From a virus: a stretch of 64,000 nt of DNA. Positions within the stretch are counted from its first letter, which is position 1; the number at the start of each line of letters is the position of its first letter. The stretch lies in the IMG/VR virus record IMGVR_UViG_3300030503_000315, positions 13,211 through 77,210 of that record. The stretch is one strand, 5' to 3'. This document shows positions 9,742 to 18,796 of this stretch, piece after piece. A program made the translations under genes and the position numbers. The notes under the pieces are model-generated. The model did not search any database. It was not told the DNA's origin and was given only the letters and a program-made list of their open reading frames with translations.

Positions 9742-10073
9742 GACCAAAAGTAAGGATAACGAGTAGCTCTGCATCGATTCTACTCAAAGATAGAATCTCA
9801 ACGTTGTTGATGGACACAGCGTTGGCAGTCAGGAAAACTTTGTTTGTTGCTAGCTACACTTCTCAGCATCTTGTTTTTATGCGTGATATGCTTTATGATT
9901 CTTTGAACAGGCACGCTCCTCAAAACTATGGTGAGTGCATTAGCAGCTATACAGTGACTTGTGACATGACCAATAATCATCAGTTGAGTTTGGCTCTTAA
10001 GAAAATTACAGCCGAGGTGTCTATAACGTTTATGAATGGGGATTCGTATTACTACTTGATGAACATGCAGTAA
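9738..10073 (+). CDS. Small sheath C-terminal-like protein, paralog 2
   Basis: ISSYTVTCDMTNN...ITAEVSI compared with own sheath ISGFTVVSDNSNN...VTVVII; shares N-terminus MRPK[IV][KR]ITSS with paralog 1. Confidence 0.5.
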   Translation: MRPKVRITSSSASILLKDRISTLLMDTALAVRKTLFVASYTSQHLVFMRDMLYDSLNRHAPQNYGECISSYTVTCDMTNNHQLSLALKKITAEVSITFMNGDSYYYLMNMQ

Positions 10074-10076
10074 ATA
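10068..10076 (+). promoter_or_regulatory. Putative promoter CAGTAAATA upstream of dnaB
   Basis: About 29 nt before the ATG at 10105. Confidence 0.5.
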
Positions 10077-10104
10077 TACGTATAACGTTTCAGAGCGAGT
10101 ATAA

Positions 10105-11478
10105 ATGGCCACTAAAATTGGGTCGCCCCGTGCAGAATTAGCAGTTCTTAGGGGGATGACAAGTAAAGATCGAAAGATCGCAGGCACACTTATTGCCTCA
10201 GTTGACGAATCGTACTTTCATTACCCTGAGTCGATTGAACTCTATCAATCTCTAAAGAGACAGATGGCAGAGTCTGGGGAAGCTCCAACATATAAGATCA
10301 TGTTGGAGGACCCTGAGTTATCAGACGAGGCAAGGGATCACTTTAAGAATAGTCAACCCACAGTACAGACGTTATCGGATGCAAAGAAAGCGACAAAGAT
10401 TCTGAATGGACTAAGGCAGCGTCGTGGTCTGTTTAACATAGCAGCAAACATCAACAATGAGTTCAGAAAGACTCGGGTTGATATCGAAGATCTGTTAGAA
10501 AAGACTTCCACAGGGCTGAACATTGTACGCTCCAAGAAGAGCACGGAAGATTCGTTCGTTCACTTTGGACGGAATAACAACAGTCTTGGTATCGTTAAGT
10601 CTATTCTATATGAAGACAATTCGGACAACCTGATCCCGACGGGTATCAAAGCATTTGACGACATCTCAGGTGGATTAGCCAGAGGCTCGATGGTTACGAT
10701 TGGTGCGAACTCTGGTGGTGGTAAGTCGCTGGTAACAATGGCGATGGGTATGAAGATGGCTAGAATGGGGTATAAGGTCCTGCACGTTCCATTGGAAATG
10801 TCGAAGCGTGAAATGACATCACGTATGATGGCTAACACCTCCCGATTCAGCCTAACAAAGATCATGACCCAGCGTCTTGAGTCGGCTGAGAAGGAGATCG
10901 TGTTCAAACGACATCGTGCGTGGGAGAGAAAGGTCAAACAAGCAGGTGGACGTTTCACAGTGTTCCGTCCTGAGGAGGACATGGACTTCGAGGAAATCAT
11001 TGCCTCGACTTCATCTTATAACTGTGATGTAAAGATCATCGACTATGTGTCGCTTCTTAAAGGCACAGACGGGGATGATATGTGGAGGGCGTTAGGAGCA
11101 ATCGGACGTCAAGCAAAGATCCACGCAGAGACAGAAAACTGCGTGGTTATCCTCGTCGTACAAATTAATGATGAAGGTAAGATTAGATACTCACGGGCGC
11201 TGACAGAACACTCGAGCAATAGTTTCACATGGATTGCAACGAGAGAAGCCAAGGAGTCTGGGATCATCCGGGTTGAACAGCCAAAGTCTCGTAACTCCCA
11301 GGCATTCCCATTCCTGATAAAGATCGATTACGAGAAGATGCGAATAGAAGACATCGCACAAGACTACGACTCCAATCTTGCAACTCCAGCAGAAGAAGAG
11401 GAGTCAACCACAACAACCAGAGGTGGTAAGAAGATCAAGGTGAAGTCGAAGATCGTAAATTATGCCGCGGACGTATAG
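10105..11478 (+). CDS. dnaB: Replicative DnaB-family helicase
   Basis: N-terminal AELAVL domain, IPTGI..FD...GGL, Walker A GANSGGGKS, LEMS, IIDYVSLL, VQIN, KSRN arginine finger. Confidence 0.9.
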   Translation: MATKIGSPRAELAVLRGMTSKDRKIAGTLIASVDESYFHYPESIELYQSLKRQMAESGEAPTYKIMLEDPELSDEARDHFKNSQPTVQTLSDAKKATKILNGLRQRRGLFNIAANINNEFRKTRVDIEDLLEKTSTGLNIVRSKKSTEDSFVHFGRNNNSLGIVKSILYEDNSDNLIPTGIKAFDDISGGLARGSMVTIGANSGGGKSLVTMAMGMKMARMGYKVLHVPLEMSKREMTSRMMANTSRFSLTKIMTQRLESAEKEIVFKRHRAWERKVKQAGGRFTVFRPEEDMDFEEIIASTSSYNCDVKIIDYVSLLKGTDGDDMWRALGAIGRQAKIHAETENCVVILVVQINDEGKIRYSRALTEHSSNSFTWIATREAKESGIIRVEQPKSRNSQAFPFLIKIDYEKMRIEDIAQDYDSNLATPAEEEESTTTTRGGKKIKVKSKIVNYAADV

Positions 11479-11844
11479 AGGGATAGAATGGAACCTATGA
11501 AGTTTGGTGATATCCCGATGAGGGTTAATTACGTAAAACGTAGTGATGTATTTCATCTTGCCCTGGATAATGGTGAGACCGAGATACGATATACCTTAAC
11601 ACCCAACGCTCTGCGAATTCTTAAAGAGGCTATTAGGAGCGCTGAGGTTGAGAGGAATGAAGATGAATCATGAGGGAGTGGAATTGAAAGTGCCAGAGAC
11701 TAGTTTATGGACGCAATGTTTCCTGACCTTTCTAGAGCATAAGGCAGAACGGAAGGTCAAAACTCATAGGCACCTGTGGTTCACCTATGAGCAATATCTT
11801 TGGAACTGGCACGACGATTTTTGTAATGACTAAGGAGTAACAAA

Positions 11845-12087
11845 ATGGCAGACCGTAAAGTATTACACATAGTGGCCGGGGATGATAATTGGACCCCCAC
11901 CATGGAACAACTTGAAGAGATAAGGAATATGTTCATGGCGTGCACCATGGATGAAAAGGGTGGCGTTATTGTCACTCGTAACGCGATAGAGTTTTTGCAA
12001 GAACAACCTAGCGTCAAAATTCGGGTGATAGATTTCGATCCGGGCAATGATCTTTTGAAGCTCGCCGCTAACGTCATTGGAGAATGA
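11845..12087 (+). CDS. Small protein, possibly a stand-alone portal-protein segment
   Basis: HIVAGDDNWTPTMEQLEEI...D..G.VIVTRN recalls a segment of jumbo-phage portal proteins (recollection, unverified); AAGGAG SD. Confidence 0.35.
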   Translation: MADRKVLHIVAGDDNWTPTMEQLEEIRNMFMACTMDEKGGVIVTRNAIEFLQEQPSVKIRVIDFDPGNDLLKLAANVIGE

Positions 12088-12318
12088 GATGCCATGGTAT
12101 AGGTTCAAGAAGACGGAAACGATCGTCACGTATTTCCCTCAATTGGTAAAGGGCAATAAGTGGTGGATGGGAACCAAAGATCCGCAAAGTGGCTCCATCT
12201 ACCTTGTCGGTGCAGACGTGCCGGATGAATTACGTCAGTTGGTTGTACATGAGAGAGACGTCGAAGAAGAATCTTTGACTCGTCCTGAACCACAACTCAA
12301 AGTTATAAGAGGTACAGA

Positions 12319-12837
12319 ATGACAGCTGGAGCTTTTGTGGTAACTATTTCGACATGGTCTACAACGATGTTGAATCATCCATGGCTGCAAGCCAAGCGTG
12401 CTTGGCTGTGTAACGAGACATTGGACGGCAATGATTTTATTCTCAAAGATCCAGAGGCACCGGACTATGCAACGGGTCTAAGAATTCCTGCCGCAGATAT
12501 CTACAATTACTATTACCAGCCACATTCGTATCTATACTACGCGGTCGTTCCCACCGTATCTACAGAAGTAAAGTGGGAAATTACGATGACCAAGAGTGAT
12601 GGAATCCTGATAGTACCTCCTGTTATAACTTCCTTACCCATCGGGACTGGAGTAGTTACACTAAGTCAGGAAGATATCTTGGGATATGATAAGGAAGACA
12701 AGGACGCAAACAGTGCCCCCACCTACTGGAAGGATATTCCAGTGAAGTATGATGAAAGGGGTGGAATGAAGATAAAGGTGAATCACTTTGTCCTTGAGGA
12801 ATTGACGTGGGCAAAGGGACACGAACCTAAGAGGTAA
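12319..12837 (+). CDS. Hypothetical protein
   Basis: ATGA-coupled ORF. Confidence 0.55.
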   Translation: MTAGAFVVTISTWSTTMLNHPWLQAKRAWLCNETLDGNDFILKDPEAPDYATGLRIPAADIYNYYYQPHSYLYYAVVPTVSTEVKWEITMTKSDGILIVPPVITSLPIGTGVVTLSQEDILGYDKEDKDANSAPTYWKDIPVKYDERGGMKIKVNHFVLEELTWAKGHEPKR

Positions 12838-12845
12838 AAAGACCA

Positions 12846-13133
12846 ATGGCGAAGCGATCCCAGAGGTTTTCCAAATATGAGTTGAAGAAAAGGCTCTACA
12901 GAGCCTCTGGCGGACGCTGCCATTACTGTCGCATAAAGCTAGGCTTCCAGGAATCTACGATCGATCATAAGAAGGCACGGTCAAAGAATGGACGTTACGA
13001 TTGGAAGAACGTTGCTCTGGCCTGTCTTCGATGTAATCAGGAAAAGATGGCACTTAGCTACGCGTGGTACAAGGCACTTTGGGCTCAGAGGCTCGAAGAG
13101 AAAATGAGAAAGAACAGGAAGAAAGAAGAATGA
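12846..13133 (+). CDS. HNH endonuclease
   Basis: CHYC...TIDHKKARSKNG...NVALACLRCNQEK. Confidence 0.85.
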   Translation: MAKRSQRFSKYELKKRLYRASGGRCHYCRIKLGFQESTIDHKKARSKNGRYDWKNVALACLRCNQEKMALSYAWYKALWAQRLEEKMRKNRKKEE

Positions 13134-13498
13134 AACTTTATTTATCTGGTAAGATGACAGGGTTGCCTGACCATGGTTTCCCAATTTTCAACGCTGAATC
13201 TGCTCGGTTGCGTGCCCTTGGCTACGAGGTAATTAATCCTGCAGAAACTCAACCCTCTACAGATTGGATAGACTGTATTAAGTTGGATCTTGAATCGATT
13301 CGTGAGTGCGATGGGATTGCACTGATGGGTAACTGGGTTGACTCGTATGGTGCTATCATCGAAGTAATGGCTTCAGAACGGCTTCAGAATGTTATCTTCA
13401 AGGCGGCGGAGATTGTCGACCATATATCCACATTTAGTGTAATCCCGAGTTATAAGATCGACATGTCAAAGATCGCCGACCTACTCATCCCTGCCTGA
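13130..13498 (+). CDS. DUF4406 / nucleoside 2-deoxyribosyltransferase-like protein
   Basis: MKLYLSGKMTGLPD...GYEVINPAE...CDGIALMGNW..S.GA..E; start moved to the coupled ATG at 13130. Confidence 0.8.
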   Translation: MKLYLSGKMTGLPDHGFPIFNAESARLRALGYEVINPAETQPSTDWIDCIKLDLESIRECDGIALMGNWVDSYGAIIEVMASERLQNVIFKAAEIVDHISTFSVIPSYKIDMSKIADLLIPA

Positions 13499-13505
13499 GG
13501 TTTGA

Positions 13506-13997
13506 ATGGATAAGATCGAGAATCCCAAAGATGCAATTGCTAGCAACAAGCTACCGCTGCACCTTGTATCACCCATCCTCAAAGCCTATCAATCTCTAGC
13601 CTCATTCTTAGGTAACGTCAAGTATGGTGCCTGGAATTGGCGGGCATCGGGTGTACGATCGTCCGTCTACATTGCTGCCTTGCATCGTCATATAGATGCA
13701 TGGTGGGAGGGGCAAGAGAAGGATCCTGTTGATGGAACGCCTCATCTGGCCAATGCTTTAGCCTGCCTTGGAATTCTTATCGAGGCTAAGCATTGTGGTA
13801 AGCTAATTGACGACAGGCCACCTTCGATGGGTGAGGAATGGCAGAAGGTCAGGGATGAGCTAGAAGCTTTGATGCCCAAGATTCGTGAGACATACAAGGA
13901 TAAGGATCCACGTCATTGGACCATTAACGATACCCAAGAGGTTAGAAATGAATCCGATAAAGTACCTGAGAACATTCCTGGATTCAAGGGCTATTAA
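13506..13997 (+). CDS. dATP/dGTP diphosphohydrolase-domain protein (DUF5664-like)
   Basis: KLPLHLV...G..KYGAWNWR...Y..AL.RH..AW..G...DP...PHLA.A. Confidence 0.8.
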   Translation: MDKIENPKDAIASNKLPLHLVSPILKAYQSLASFLGNVKYGAWNWRASGVRSSVYIAALHRHIDAWWEGQEKDPVDGTPHLANALACLGILIEAKHCGKLIDDRPPSMGEEWQKVRDELEALMPKIRETYKDKDPRHWTINDTQEVRNESDKVPENIPGFKGY

Positions 13998-14160
13998 GAA
14001 GCAGAAAGTTCGGGATAGGGAGGACCGTGAATATAAAGCCATGGTTACGTACTTCAGGAAGAACGGTTTATGTTTTTACTGTAGTGGTAAAGGTAAAGTA
14101 GACTACGACTGGCGCATCCAAATGTGTACTGAGTGCTACGGCACGGGGAAATCAAAATGA
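13948..14160 (+). CDS. Small DnaJ-type zinc-finger protein
   Basis: Two CxxCxGxG repeats (CFYCSGKG, CTECYGTG). Confidence 0.6.
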   Translation: MNPIKYLRTFLDSRAIKKQKVRDREDREYKAMVTYFRKNGLCFYCSGKGKVDYDWRIQMCTECYGTGKSK

Positions 14161-14666
14161 GCAAGACTTTCTTAATTAGTGATACGCATTTTGGTCATAC
14201 AGGAGTTTGCAAGTTCCTGAGGGACGATGGCGTAACCAAGCTACGTCCTTGGGATGAGCCAGATGAGATGGATGAAGCTTTGGTAGAGAATTGGAATTCC
14301 GTGGTAAGTCCAAAGGATAAGGTTTATCACAATGGTGACGTAGTTATAAATCGTCGTTGCCTAGTCACCCTAGGACGTCTGAATGGTACCAAGGTCCTTA
14401 TCAAAGGTAATCATGATCTCTTCAAGCCAGAAGAATATCTGACCTATTTTAAGGACATCCGTGGATATCATGTACTAGACAAGATGCTTCTTAGCCATAT
14501 CCCGGTTCATCCTGGTAGCAAAGGTCGGTTCAGCGCTAACATTCATGGGCATCTTCACTGTAACGTTCTTGAAGATCCATGGTACATAAATGTCAGTGTG
14601 GAATGCATCAACTATACTCCTATAGATTTTGAAGAACTACGGGAACGAGTGAAGGCAAATGCTTAA
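14157..14666 (+). CDS. Calcineurin-like metallophosphoesterase
   Basis: SDTHFGH, GDV, GNHD, SHIP, HGHLH motifs. Confidence 0.9.
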   Translation: MSKTFLISDTHFGHTGVCKFLRDDGVTKLRPWDEPDEMDEALVENWNSVVSPKDKVYHNGDVVINRRCLVTLGRLNGTKVLIKGNHDLFKPEEYLTYFKDIRGYHVLDKMLLSHIPVHPGSKGRFSANIHGHLHCNVLEDPWYINVSVECINYTPIDFEELRERVKANA

Positions 14667-15927
14667 CCTGATAACGCAGATCATAGCAACCTTTAAATCG
14701 AATCCTCTCCTAGCAGGTGCCTTTAGCCTATGGGGGTTGACGGTCATTGGCATAGTAGCTAGAAGTGTCCCTGCTGCGATCTATCACTTCATAATGAGTC
14801 AGGCCACAACAAGTCTAACCATAGACTCAAGTGGCCACTGGAGAGTTGGGCTAGCCTTTGTATCCTTTGGGTCCTGGTTTGCACAGCGCAAGGGTTCTAA
14901 CTTTAGCCGGGCATTATCTTTGGACTATCAAGACGACTGGGATGAGGAGGGTACTATAGCCGGTCAGTCTAGGGAGAAGGTTAGAAAATTATCTCTTGGA
15001 CCCGGCCTAGGATTCCATTTCTTTGTATTCAATGGACGTCTGTTTTGGGTAACAAAAACAGAGCAACCATCCAATGGTTCTAGTGTTCCAAAGTATCGAG
15101 TAATAATCTCAACGTTCGGTAGATCACGCGAACCTATAGAGAAGTTGGTGGAAGAGATCAATCCTGTGCTTGATAACCGTAAGCTACAGACGATGACCAT
15201 CAATGCGGACGGTGATTGGGATATCTCTTCTATCATAACCAAGAGAAGTCTGGATTCTGTCATCCTTGCACCTGAGACGAAAACTTCGATTCTCAAGTTG
15301 CTTGACGAATTCTATTCAGAAAGAGATTGGTACCTGGATAAAGGCTTGGCACATAAACAAACGTTCATCTTCCACGGTAAACCAGGATGCGGTAAGACCT
15401 CCACCGTAAAAGCTCTGGCAAGTCACTACAACCGCAATGTCTATACGTTGAACCTCAATATGGTGTCGGATAGATCTCTTCCCATCTATCTGTCAAAGGT
15501 ACCTCCAGGATCCTTCGTGCTGATCGAAGACTTTGATACCTTTTCTGTGATAAAGTCCAGAGAAGCTAAGAAGGACAAGAAGAGTTTGTTTGAGGATGAT
15601 GCAGGTCCACTTACCCTGTCTGGAGTACTTAATGCTCTAGATGGTATAGCGGCATTGGACAATATAGCAATATTCCTGACGACGAATCACCTCGATCAGA
15701 TCGACCCCGCGATTCTTAGAGAAGGTAGAACAGACAAGATCATTGAACTCAAGTATTTGACAACTCCTGAGATATACGAGTACGTGAAGTTTGCTTATGG
15801 TAGGGATATTCACCACTATCAGTTTGTGGATATACCTGGATGCGATCTTCACGGGATGCTGCAAAGGCACAAGCGTAACTACGATGGGTTTATGTTAGAG
15901 TTGAAGGAACGATTTGCAGTACAGTGA
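14659..15927 (+). CDS. BCS1-like membrane-anchored AAA+ ATPase
   Basis: N-terminal hydrophobic segment, BCS1_N-like region (PGLGFHFF), GKPGCGKTS, LIEDFD, LTLSGVLNALDG, TTNH...DPAILREGRTD. Confidence 0.85.
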   Translation: MLNLITQIIATFKSNPLLAGAFSLWGLTVIGIVARSVPAAIYHFIMSQATTSLTIDSSGHWRVGLAFVSFGSWFAQRKGSNFSRALSLDYQDDWDEEGTIAGQSREKVRKLSLGPGLGFHFFVFNGRLFWVTKTEQPSNGSSVPKYRVIISTFGRSREPIEKLVEEINPVLDNRKLQTMTINADGDWDISSIITKRSLDSVILAPETKTSILKLLDEFYSERDWYLDKGLAHKQTFIFHGKPGCGKTSTVKALASHYNRNVYTLNLNMVSDRSLPIYLSKVPPGSFVLIEDFDTFSVIKSREAKKDKKSLFEDDAGPLTLSGVLNALDGIAALDNIAIFLTTNHLDQIDPAILREGRTDKIIELKYLTTPEIYEYVKFAYGRDIHHYQFVDIPGCDLHGMLQRHKRNYDGFMLELKERFAVQ

Positions 15928-15933
15928 AGATGG

Positions 15934-15969
15934 AAAAGCCACCTCAAAACATCGAGGTGGCTTTATTTT
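15934..15969. terminator. Bidirectional intrinsic terminator between the convergent replication and late blocks
   Basis: 11-bp stem AAAGCCACCTC/GAGGTGGCTTT, 8-nt loop, A- and T-runs on either side. Confidence 0.85.
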
Positions 15970-15985
15970 GCTTACCAGTTGCGGT

Positions 15986-16735
15986 TTAGACCCAGGTCGT
16001 ATCCTCAACTTGCTTCTTCACGTCAGCCAGAAAGTCAGGATCGTACGAGTACAACTTCGTCCAATACTCCTTAGCCTGTGCTTTGTCTTCCGGACTGATA
16101 TTAGCCTTCAGCATCTGCTTGTGGAATTCCTTAGGAACCGGAACGCGATCCAGGCGAGTCACCTTAGCCATAACAACGATCTCAGGTACTTGAGTCGTGC
16201 TCGACAGAACCTGAATCTTTTCTGCATTCGCTGCAAGGACAAAGCCATGGTCAACATCACCAGTCTTCGAAACATATGATGCAAATTCACCCTTAACAGC
16301 CGAGGCCATTGCAATGTGACGAAGAGCCGGGATATCCTGACGACGTTGCAGCTTAGCTTCAACGAGTTCAGACAGGTCTTCCTGACCGTGACGTGCGAGG
16401 AACTTACCACCACGTCCTTCGCGTACTTCCCACAGCGAACGGTCGGCATTGTCCATCATGATGTTGGAAGCCATCATGCGATAACCTGCACGGATTTCTT
16501 TGTCATCAACAACGCGCACTTCTTTGTTGGCGCGAACAAAACCAACTGCAGCGCCACCGTTGTTGTGCGACTTGATAATATGGAACGAGTTCTCAACCGG
16601 AGCTGCCTGGTTGTCGAATTGCTCCAACAGGTTTGCGCGAATCTGTTCGCGAGTCATGTGACCAGTGTACGAAACGATCACTCGTGCAAGAGTAGGCGAT
16701 TGCAACTCGTAATCGGTAATAGCGATAGTATTCAT
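15986..16735 (-). CDS. Putative virion/morphogenesis protein
   Basis: 249 aa, AAGGA SD, late motif upstream. Confidence 0.55.
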   Translation of the reverse strand: MNTIAITDYELQSPTLARVIVSYTGHMTREQIRANLLEQFDNQAAPVENSFHIIKSHNNGGAAVGFVRANKEVRVVDDKEIRAGYRMMASNIMMDNADRSLWEVREGRGGKFLARHGQEDLSELVEAKLQRRQDIPALRHIAMASAVKGEFASYVSKTGDVDHGFVLAANAEKIQVLSSTTQVPEIVVMAKVTRLDRVPVPKEFHKQMLKANISPEDKAQAKEYWTKLYSYDPDFLADVKKQVEDTTWV

Positions 16736-16799
16736 TATCTTTCCTTGTGTAAAGAGAACAGAGTCAAGCGGAAGAGAACCTCTAAGGGTATGTTACTGC

Positions 16800-16807
16800 A
16801 TGAAATT
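16800..16807 (-). promoter_or_regulatory. Putative late promoter AATTTCAT
   Basis: Recurrent octamer upstream of 16735. Confidence 0.55.
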
Positions 16808-18167
16808 AGAAGTTGTAGACACCAGCAGGTGCAACAACTAGTGAAACGCCGCCTGCCGAAGGCAAGGAACTAACAACAAATGTAGCGGTAGCACCCGAAG
16901 TTGCAGATTGGAACGTGATGGTGTTCGATCCACTGATACCCGATACACCTGCCAGCAGAACCTTGAATGCTCCGGTAACGTTAGCCGGGAACGTAAAGGT
17001 GATCGCCGCGGTTAAGGTACCTGATAGGACAAAGATAGATCCACTGTACGCCTGTGCGTTAGTCAGGGTTACAGCACTGGCAGCAACTGCAACTGCGAGA
17101 TATCCCTTGACCGCATTTTGCACGAATGCCGTAGTAGCAATGTTCGACGTGCTATCACCAGCTGCGGCTGTGGTCGACGTCGGAGTTCCAGTGAATGCCG
17201 GGCTGGCAAGAATAGCACCGCCCGCGCTCGTGATGTCTGCACTTTGCAGTGTGACTGCACCAGTACGTGTATTGAAAGAATTAACAACGGCTGACGATCC
17301 ACCAGTTGCAATACTCAACGTGCTACCTGTTATGGCCAGACCAGATCCAACGATAACGCCACCAATCACCGAAGTCGTAGCGGCGGGTAAGATATAAGGA
17401 GCTGCAACGCTAATTGTACCATTACCCGCTATGCTAACGTTCGACCCAGCTATAACGCCACCGATAGTCGAATTCGTTGCTGCTGGCAATGCCAATGTCA
17501 GATTGCCCCCACTTACTGCCAGCCCGGCACCAACCGTTATACCGCCCAGCACTGAATTGGATGCTTGAGGTAACGTATAAGGAGTGGTTACGATTGCAGC
17601 CAGCTGACCACCCGAAGAAACTGTCAGACCCGCGCCTACCGAAACACCACCAAGCGAAACAGTTGTCGCCGCGGGAAGAGTGTACGGGGCTGCTACACTA
17701 ATAGTACCACCCGAGACCGAAATGTTTGCCCCTACAATAACACCACCAATCGTACTCGTAGTAGCTGCAGGAAGGGTAAAGTTGTTCAACGAAGCCTGAA
17801 CAAACTGTGTTGTTGCAAGCTGGGTCGTGTTCGTACCCGTAGTTGCAGTTGGTGCAGTAGGGACACCGGTGAATGCAGGTGAGGCCAGTAAAGCTCCACC
17901 GACTCCTGTGACATCTGCTGTCTGCAGAGTTACAACACCCGTACGACCATTGAAGGAACCTACGCCCGATACACCAGATGCAACCGAAGATAGAACAAAT
18001 GCAGTGGTTGCGATTTGAGTTGTGTTTGTACCTGTAGCAGCTGTCGGCGCTGTCGGTACCCCAGACAGGGATGGGCTAATTGCAAGCGCACCTCCTGCCG
18101 AAGCGATGTCGGACGGGATTAATGATACGTCTCCTGTCCGACCGTTGAATGCTAGTACTGAGCTCAT
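16806..18167 (-). CDS. Repeat-rich fibre/whisker-like virion protein
   Basis: Three V.[SA]FN.RTG.V.L...SP...G.PT...A...T..ATT.FV repeats and five LP.A....GGV.VG-type repeats; rich in A/T/G/S. Confidence 0.7.
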   Translation of the reverse strand: MSSVLAFNGRTGDVSLIPSDIASAGGALAISPSLSGVPTAPTAATGTNTTQIATTAFVLSSVASGVSGVGSFNGRTGVVTLQTADVTGVGGALLASPAFTGVPTAPTATTGTNTTQLATTQFVQASLNNFTLPAATTSTIGGVIVGANISVSGGTISVAAPYTLPAATTVSLGGVSVGAGLTVSSGGQLAAIVTTPYTLPQASNSVLGGITVGAGLAVSGGNLTLALPAATNSTIGGVIAGSNVSIAGNGTISVAAPYILPAATTSVIGGVIVGSGLAITGSTLSIATGGSSAVVNSFNTRTGAVTLQSADITSAGGAILASPAFTGTPTSTTAAAGDSTSNIATTAFVQNAVKGYLAVAVAASAVTLTNAQAYSGSIFVLSGTLTAAITFTFPANVTGAFKVLLAGVSGISGSNTITFQSATSGATATFVVSSLPSAGGVSLVVAPAGVYNF

Positions 18168-18255
18168 TTATTTGCCTCTCGGTTAACCTGTGAATTCTGA
18201 AGGTAACTTCGAGGAAGGGTTTAAATATTCTTATCGCTCTAGCTTTCTTTCTAGG

Positions 18256-18762
18256 TCAGCTGTCGGTAAAATCGAAGGCCCAAGTCACTTCAAGTGCAAC
18301 GTGACCCGTACCCTGCGAACCGTCGAGAGGAACGTCGCTAAGGTTCGACGGCCACATACCAAAGACAGTGATTGTCTTAGCAATATTCGGCACGTCGTCA
18401 TACAGCGTAATCTGACCAGCAACCTTATAGGTCGACGACTCAGAACCACTGTTGTTAGCCCAAGACCGGCCAGCTTCCATCCAGTTAAACATCTTGGTAC
18501 GAGTCTGCCAATCGATGGCTTCAAGGAATGTCGTATTGAAGGTGTGGCTCCAGTTACGACGACCCATGTACAGTAGCTCGGTACCATGCAATGCCACTGA
18601 CACCCGATCGATTTCCGAACCAGGCAAGCCAGTCGACATACACTTAAAGGTCAAATCACTTGTGTTGGTAGAATTCGGGATGGCTGGGAGGAACAGGTCA
18701 AAGTTCCACGAAAGTGCCGGGTCCGGCAAGCTCTGCATGTCAAAGACACTAGTACGTGTCAT
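18256..18762 (-). CDS. Tail tube protein (T4 gp19-like)
   Basis: 168 aa; FKC.S..LPG, GRR.W, W, GMWP..L, VTW.FD pattern; downstream of the sheath gene. Confidence 0.8.
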   Translation of the reverse strand: MTRTSVFDMQSLPDPALSWNFDLFLPAIPNSTNTSDLTFKCMSTGLPGSEIDRVSVALHGTELLYMGRRNWSHTFNTTFLEAIDWQTRTKMFNWMEAGRSWANNSGSESSTYKVAGQITLYDDVPNIAKTITVFGMWPSNLSDVPLDGSQGTGHVALEVTWAFDFTDS

Positions 18763-18796
18763 AGTAAACTCCTAGGTAAATTGAACCTTTGTAATC

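Noticed and set aside
18775..18782. AATTTACC upstream of the tail tube gene as a late promoter
   Set aside because: Mismatches the consensus at three positions and abuts the SD
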